Source: a virus. From it: a stretch of 64,000 bases of DNA. The translations under genes and the position numbers were made by a program. This document shows, in pieces, positions 60,934 through 64,000 of the stretch. The number at the start of each line of letters is the position of its first letter. Position 1 is the first letter of the stretch. The stretch covers positions 22,323 to 86,322 of the IMG/VR virus record IMGVR_UViG_3300041583_000385, one strand, 5' to 3'. The notes under the pieces were generated by a model that had not been told where the DNA came from, ran no database searches, and was given only the letters and a program-made list of their open reading frames with translations.

Positions 60934-62067
60934 ATGTCAGAAAAAGTATCAAAACAGGTAAGTCCTGAATTACAAGAGAAACTATCTCTTTTAACACCAA
61001 AAGAAAGAAAGTATTTCTCTGTTATGTGGGCGAAGTATGGTGTTCTTAACATCACTTCTAAACCAGGAGTTGCTAAGTCTGCAATTGGTCGTTCGATTTG
61101 TGATAAACTTGGTTTCCGTTATATGGATATCAGATTATCAATGGTTGATGAAACTGATGTAGGACTTTATCCAGATGTCTCAGAGATTGAGGTTGATGGT
61201 AAAAAAGTAAAATGTTTGGATTTCGTTGTTCCACGTTGGGCTCTTGAGGCGAACAAACAACCAACAATCATTCACTTTGAAGAGTTGAACAGAGCATCTC
61301 AACAAGTTAGAAATGCGGCTTTACAAATCTTACTTGAACGTCAGATTGGTACTGAGTTCAATTTCAATGATAATGTTCTTATGATGTCTTCCGGTAACCT
61401 TGGAGACGAAGATGGGACTGATGTTGAAGAGTTCGATGCGGCACTTAACAACCGTTTAGTACACATTAATCACGTACTTGGTGTTGACGAGTGGATTGAG
61501 AACTTTGCTGACGAGAATGTTCACCGTTTAATTACGTCATTCATCAAAGCACACCCTGAGCAAATGTATAAAACTAGCGACAACGCTAAAGCATACGCTA
61601 CCCCACGTTCTTGGACGATGTTGTCTGAGTTCATCATCACCAACTTTGGTGAAGATGCTTCTCCTAGAGACTTCCTTCCATTAGTGAAAGAAGTGGCAAC
61701 TGGTTACCTTGGTAACTCTTCTATGAAGTTTGTACAGTACTGTGAAGATATGTTAAATATCTCCATTCAAGATGTTCTTAACAACTATGATGGTATTAAG
61801 AAAGACTTGGCTAAGTACAACCGTGATAAAAACTCTGAATTGATTCAAGCATTGAAAGAGATTGAAATCACTAAGTTAAGTCCTAAACAACTTAAAAACA
61901 TTGTTAAGTTCCTTGAGAATGTTGGTGATGATGAAAAGACGGCTTACTTACTTTACATTTTGGATAATGTAGCTGATGTTACAAATCCGAAATTAAAGAA
62001 CTTCCTTTTAGAGTTCGAAGAATTGTTGAGAACCATTAAGAAAATCAACAAACCGGGTAGTAAGTAA
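60934..62067 (+). CDS. MoxR-like AAA+ ATPase
   Basis: SKPGVAKS Walker A variant, IIHFEELNRA, SSGN, ALNNR, ATPRSW. Confidence 0.85.
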   Translation: MSEKVSKQVSPELQEKLSLLTPKERKYFSVMWAKYGVLNITSKPGVAKSAIGRSICDKLGFRYMDIRLSMVDETDVGLYPDVSEIEVDGKKVKCLDFVVPRWALEANKQPTIIHFEELNRASQQVRNAALQILLERQIGTEFNFNDNVLMMSSGNLGDEDGTDVEEFDAALNNRLVHINHVLGVDEWIENFADENVHRLITSFIKAHPEQMYKTSDNAKAYATPRSWTMLSEFIITNFGEDASPRDFLPLVKEVATGYLGNSSMKFVQYCEDMLNISIQDVLNNYDGIKKDLAKYNRDKNSELIQALKEIEITKLSPKQLKNIVKFLENVGDDEKTAYLLYILDNVADVTNPKLKNFLLEFEELLRTIKKINKPGSK

Positions 62068-62089
62068 TCTTAGAAATAAGATTCAGAAC

Positions 62090-62118
62090 AGGGGGTATCT
62101 TAGATATCCCCTTTTTTT
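62090..62118 (+). terminator. intrinsic terminator
   Basis: GGGGGTATCT-TAGATATCCCC-T7. Confidence 0.85.
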
Positions 62119-62141
62119 GTTTAAAACAAACGAAAAATAAA

Positions 62142-62402
62142 ATGATATATAATGGTATGAGTGATGAAGAAAAAGTCGAAGTACAAATAGTTTTAAAGAA
62201 CCACTTTGGTGAGTTTGTTGGTAAGAAATCAACACTTAACGAAGAGCAATACAAAAACTTATTACAGATGTCCAAAAGTTTTTATGTTGGAACTGGGTTT
62301 GAGTTAACGTGTGAAGATGGGACATTTGTTGTTTTTCCTCCAGAGATAGTTCGACAGTCAATACTACAAGTAAAAAAAATTAAAAATGAAGAAAATGTTT
62401 AA
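62142..62402 (+). CDS. hypothetical protein
   Basis: 86 aa; AAAC-N18-TATA (62124-62149) favours the second ATG (MSDEEK). Confidence 0.7.
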   Translation: MIYNGMSDEEKVEVQIVLKNHFGEFVGKKSTLNEEQYKNLLQMSKSFYVGTGFELTCEDGTFVVFPPEIVRQSILQVKKIKNEENV

Positions 62403-63045
62403 AAACAGATTTAAGAAATTCGGAGGAGACCATATTCCAGATATAATTGAATATATCAAGGAATTTATTGAAAATGATCCAACAGCAACTATAACAGTTG
62501 GGTGTGATTCTATACAAAAGCGTAGAAAGACTGTCTATGCTAATACTATAATGCTTTATAACTCAGATATTAAAAAGGGAGCACATGTTGTTTTCTTTAG
62601 AGAATCTTGTACTAAGATTAGAGATAATCAAGATAGACTATACAGAGAAGCTCAGTGGTTACATGATGTTGGTACTTACCTTGATAAGGAATTATCAGAA
62701 TTCTACGTTAGGAAAGATTTAACAGATAATGAGATAAAGAGATATAAGTATCACTTGTTAAAATGTTCTGGTGAATATACTAATGTTGAGACGCATCAAG
62801 AGGATGCGGTTATGAGAAATCTTATACTAACACCACTTGATAAGTTAGAACCTAGGTTAGTTGATTTACATGTTGACTTCAATCCATTTGAAGGTAATAT
62901 AGATGAAAAGGGTGTTCGTAAGAATAAATCATATGCTGCTTATAAAGCATATAGCCCTTGGTTGAGAGGTTTAGGTTTCAGAACTTGGGCTAAACCGCAA
63001 GCATTCGCCGCAACTTCGGCCGCCGATCTTTTATTAAAAGATTAA
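62386..63045 (+). CDS. RNase H-like YkuK/DUF458 family protein
   Basis: VGCDS, RLYREA, HVDFN, KPQAFAATSAAD. Confidence 0.82.
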   Translation: MKKMFKNRFKKFGGDHIPDIIEYIKEFIENDPTATITVGCDSIQKRRKTVYANTIMLYNSDIKKGAHVVFFRESCTKIRDNQDRLYREAQWLHDVGTYLDKELSEFYVRKDLTDNEIKRYKYHLLKCSGEYTNVETHQEDAVMRNLILTPLDKLEPRLVDLHVDFNPFEGNIDEKGVRKNKSYAAYKAYSPWLRGLGFRTWAKPQAFAATSAADLLLKD

Positions 63046-63422
63046 TGAGATTTGAAATAAATAAATATCTATTAATGAAGTTGGGTTGGCTTGAATACTA
63101 CTACATCTTTGGTCAATGCTACTCAAATGGAATCGGACTAAAACATGGTTTAAATTTATTTGAATCTGATGATTTAGTCCGATTCTTTATTGATATTAAA
63201 GAAAGAAAAATATGCTATTTAGTAAAAGAACTTTCTGATTTTGAAAAACAAAAATCAAAAAATACATATAAATTTATAATTGCAGATTATACATCTGATG
63301 TACCTGATATTAGCTTTACTGAGTTTAACTCAAATGATTATCTATTTAAGAGTATAATCAAACATGAAGCTTGTAGTAGTGAATATGAAAGACATTTTAA
63401 AATAAATAAACTATTAAAATAG
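63045..63422 (+). CDS. hypothetical protein with C-terminal tag (RHFKINKLL)
   Basis: 125 aa ORF. Confidence 0.65.
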   Translation: MRFEINKYLLMKLGWLEYYYIFGQCYSNGIGLKHGLNLFESDDLVRFFIDIKERKICYLVKELSDFEKQKSKNTYKFIIADYTSDVPDISFTEFNSNDYLFKSIIKHEACSSEYERHFKINKLLK

Positions 63423-64000
63423 ATGAAAAGAAGAGAATTAAAAATATTAGGATTATCATATAGTCAAAGTCAAGTTGGGTCTTATGTTTTGGTACTTTCT
63501 GATAAAAATGGTAGTAAGAAATTACCGTTGATAATTAAACCACTTGAAGCACAAAGAATAGCTCTTGAGTTAGAGGGTATTAAATCACCAAGACCATTAA
63601 CACATGACCTGATTAAATCACTAAGTGATTCATTCGGTATCGATATACAAGAAGTTTATATACATTCTTTATTAGAGGGTGTGTTCTATACAAAACTTGT
63701 TACATCAAATGGTATTGATGATGTTGAAATTGAGTGTACTGCTGGTGATGCTATGGCTTTATCAGTTATTTATAAATGTCCTATTTTTGTAAAGGGTGAG
63801 ATAATGGACACCGCTGGTATAGTTATATCAAGTGAAGAAGGTGCTGATGGGGAAGAGTATGATTTTGAGGATGTTGATGAGGAAGATGAATTTGAATCTA
63901 AACCAGAAAGATTTGTATCTGTTGAGGATCTTGAGAAGATGATGGAAGAAGCTATCAAGAATGAGGAATATGAGATAGCCGCTGAGATACGAGATAGGAT
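63423..64000 (+). CDS. bifunctional nuclease (DUF151/BFN) with C-terminal UVR domain, partial
   Basis: GLSYSQSQVGSYVLVL, KKLPLII, RPLTHDL, EGVFY, DAMAL, EEYEIAAEIRD; open at window end, absent from ORF track. Confidence 0.88.
   Translation, partial: MKRRELKILGLSYSQSQVGSYVLVLSDKNGSKKLPLIIKPLEAQRIALELEGIKSPRPLTHDLIKSLSDSFGIDIQEVYIHSLLEGVFYTKLVTSNGIDDVEIECTAGDAMALSVIYKCPIFVKGEIMDTAGIVISSEEGADGEEYDFEDVDEEDEFESKPERFVSVEDLEKMMEEAIKNEEYEIAAEIRDR

Noticed and set aside
1-64000. Stop-codon reassignment (TAG/TGA recoding as in some huge phages)
   Set aside because: All long conserved genes are intact in code 11, and TAA, TAG and TGA all end genes at plausible C-termini; the few in-frame stops are sporadic
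1-64000. Cellular (Bacteroidota or CPR) chromosome or eukaryotic giant virus origin
   Set aside because: T4-type topoisomerase, RNase H, neck protein, Rnl1, endolysin, many homing endonucleases and small hypothetical genes, together with bacterial promoters and terminators, fit a jumbo phage better; not formally proven because MCP and terminase are outside the window

Overview
This very AT-rich, gene-dense 64 kb window looks like part of a T4-related huge (jumbo) phage. Phage markers include gp52- and gp39/60-type topoisomerase II, T4-type RNase H, a gp13-like neck protein, Rnl1, a gp57B/Acb1-like 2H phosphoesterase, an amidase endolysin and about 9 free-standing homing endonucleases. The host is probably Bacteroidota, from TTTG-N19-21-TAnnTTTG promoters, no Shine-Dalgarno sites and a T9SS type-B sorting domain. 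Host-like genes include dnaK, grpE, dnaJ, nusG, adk, coaE, guaB/guaC-like, nrdB, uvsE, dCMP deaminase, one tRNA(CAT) and several RNA-repair enzymes. Main observations: (1) an unannotated ~250 nt minimal RNase P RNA-like gene (592-841, minus strand) with an intact, compensated catalytic domain and a collapsed specificity domain; (2) an N-terminal MK(Y/H)(L/I)KxYxxFES tag on about 25 late genes, resembling the T4 capsid-targeting sequence and present on putative anti-defence enzymes; (3) a mutually exclusive C-terminal R(D/E/N)xK(I/L)xx(I/L) tag on about 20 small early/middle proteins, some resembling fragments of capsid, portal or scaffold proteins; (4) three promoter classes that track these tags and often imply leaderless mRNAs; (5) a stand-alone secreted T9SS C-terminal domain. 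Several frameshifts lie in homopolymers and may be sequencing errors. All calls come from reading motifs by eye; no database search was run.
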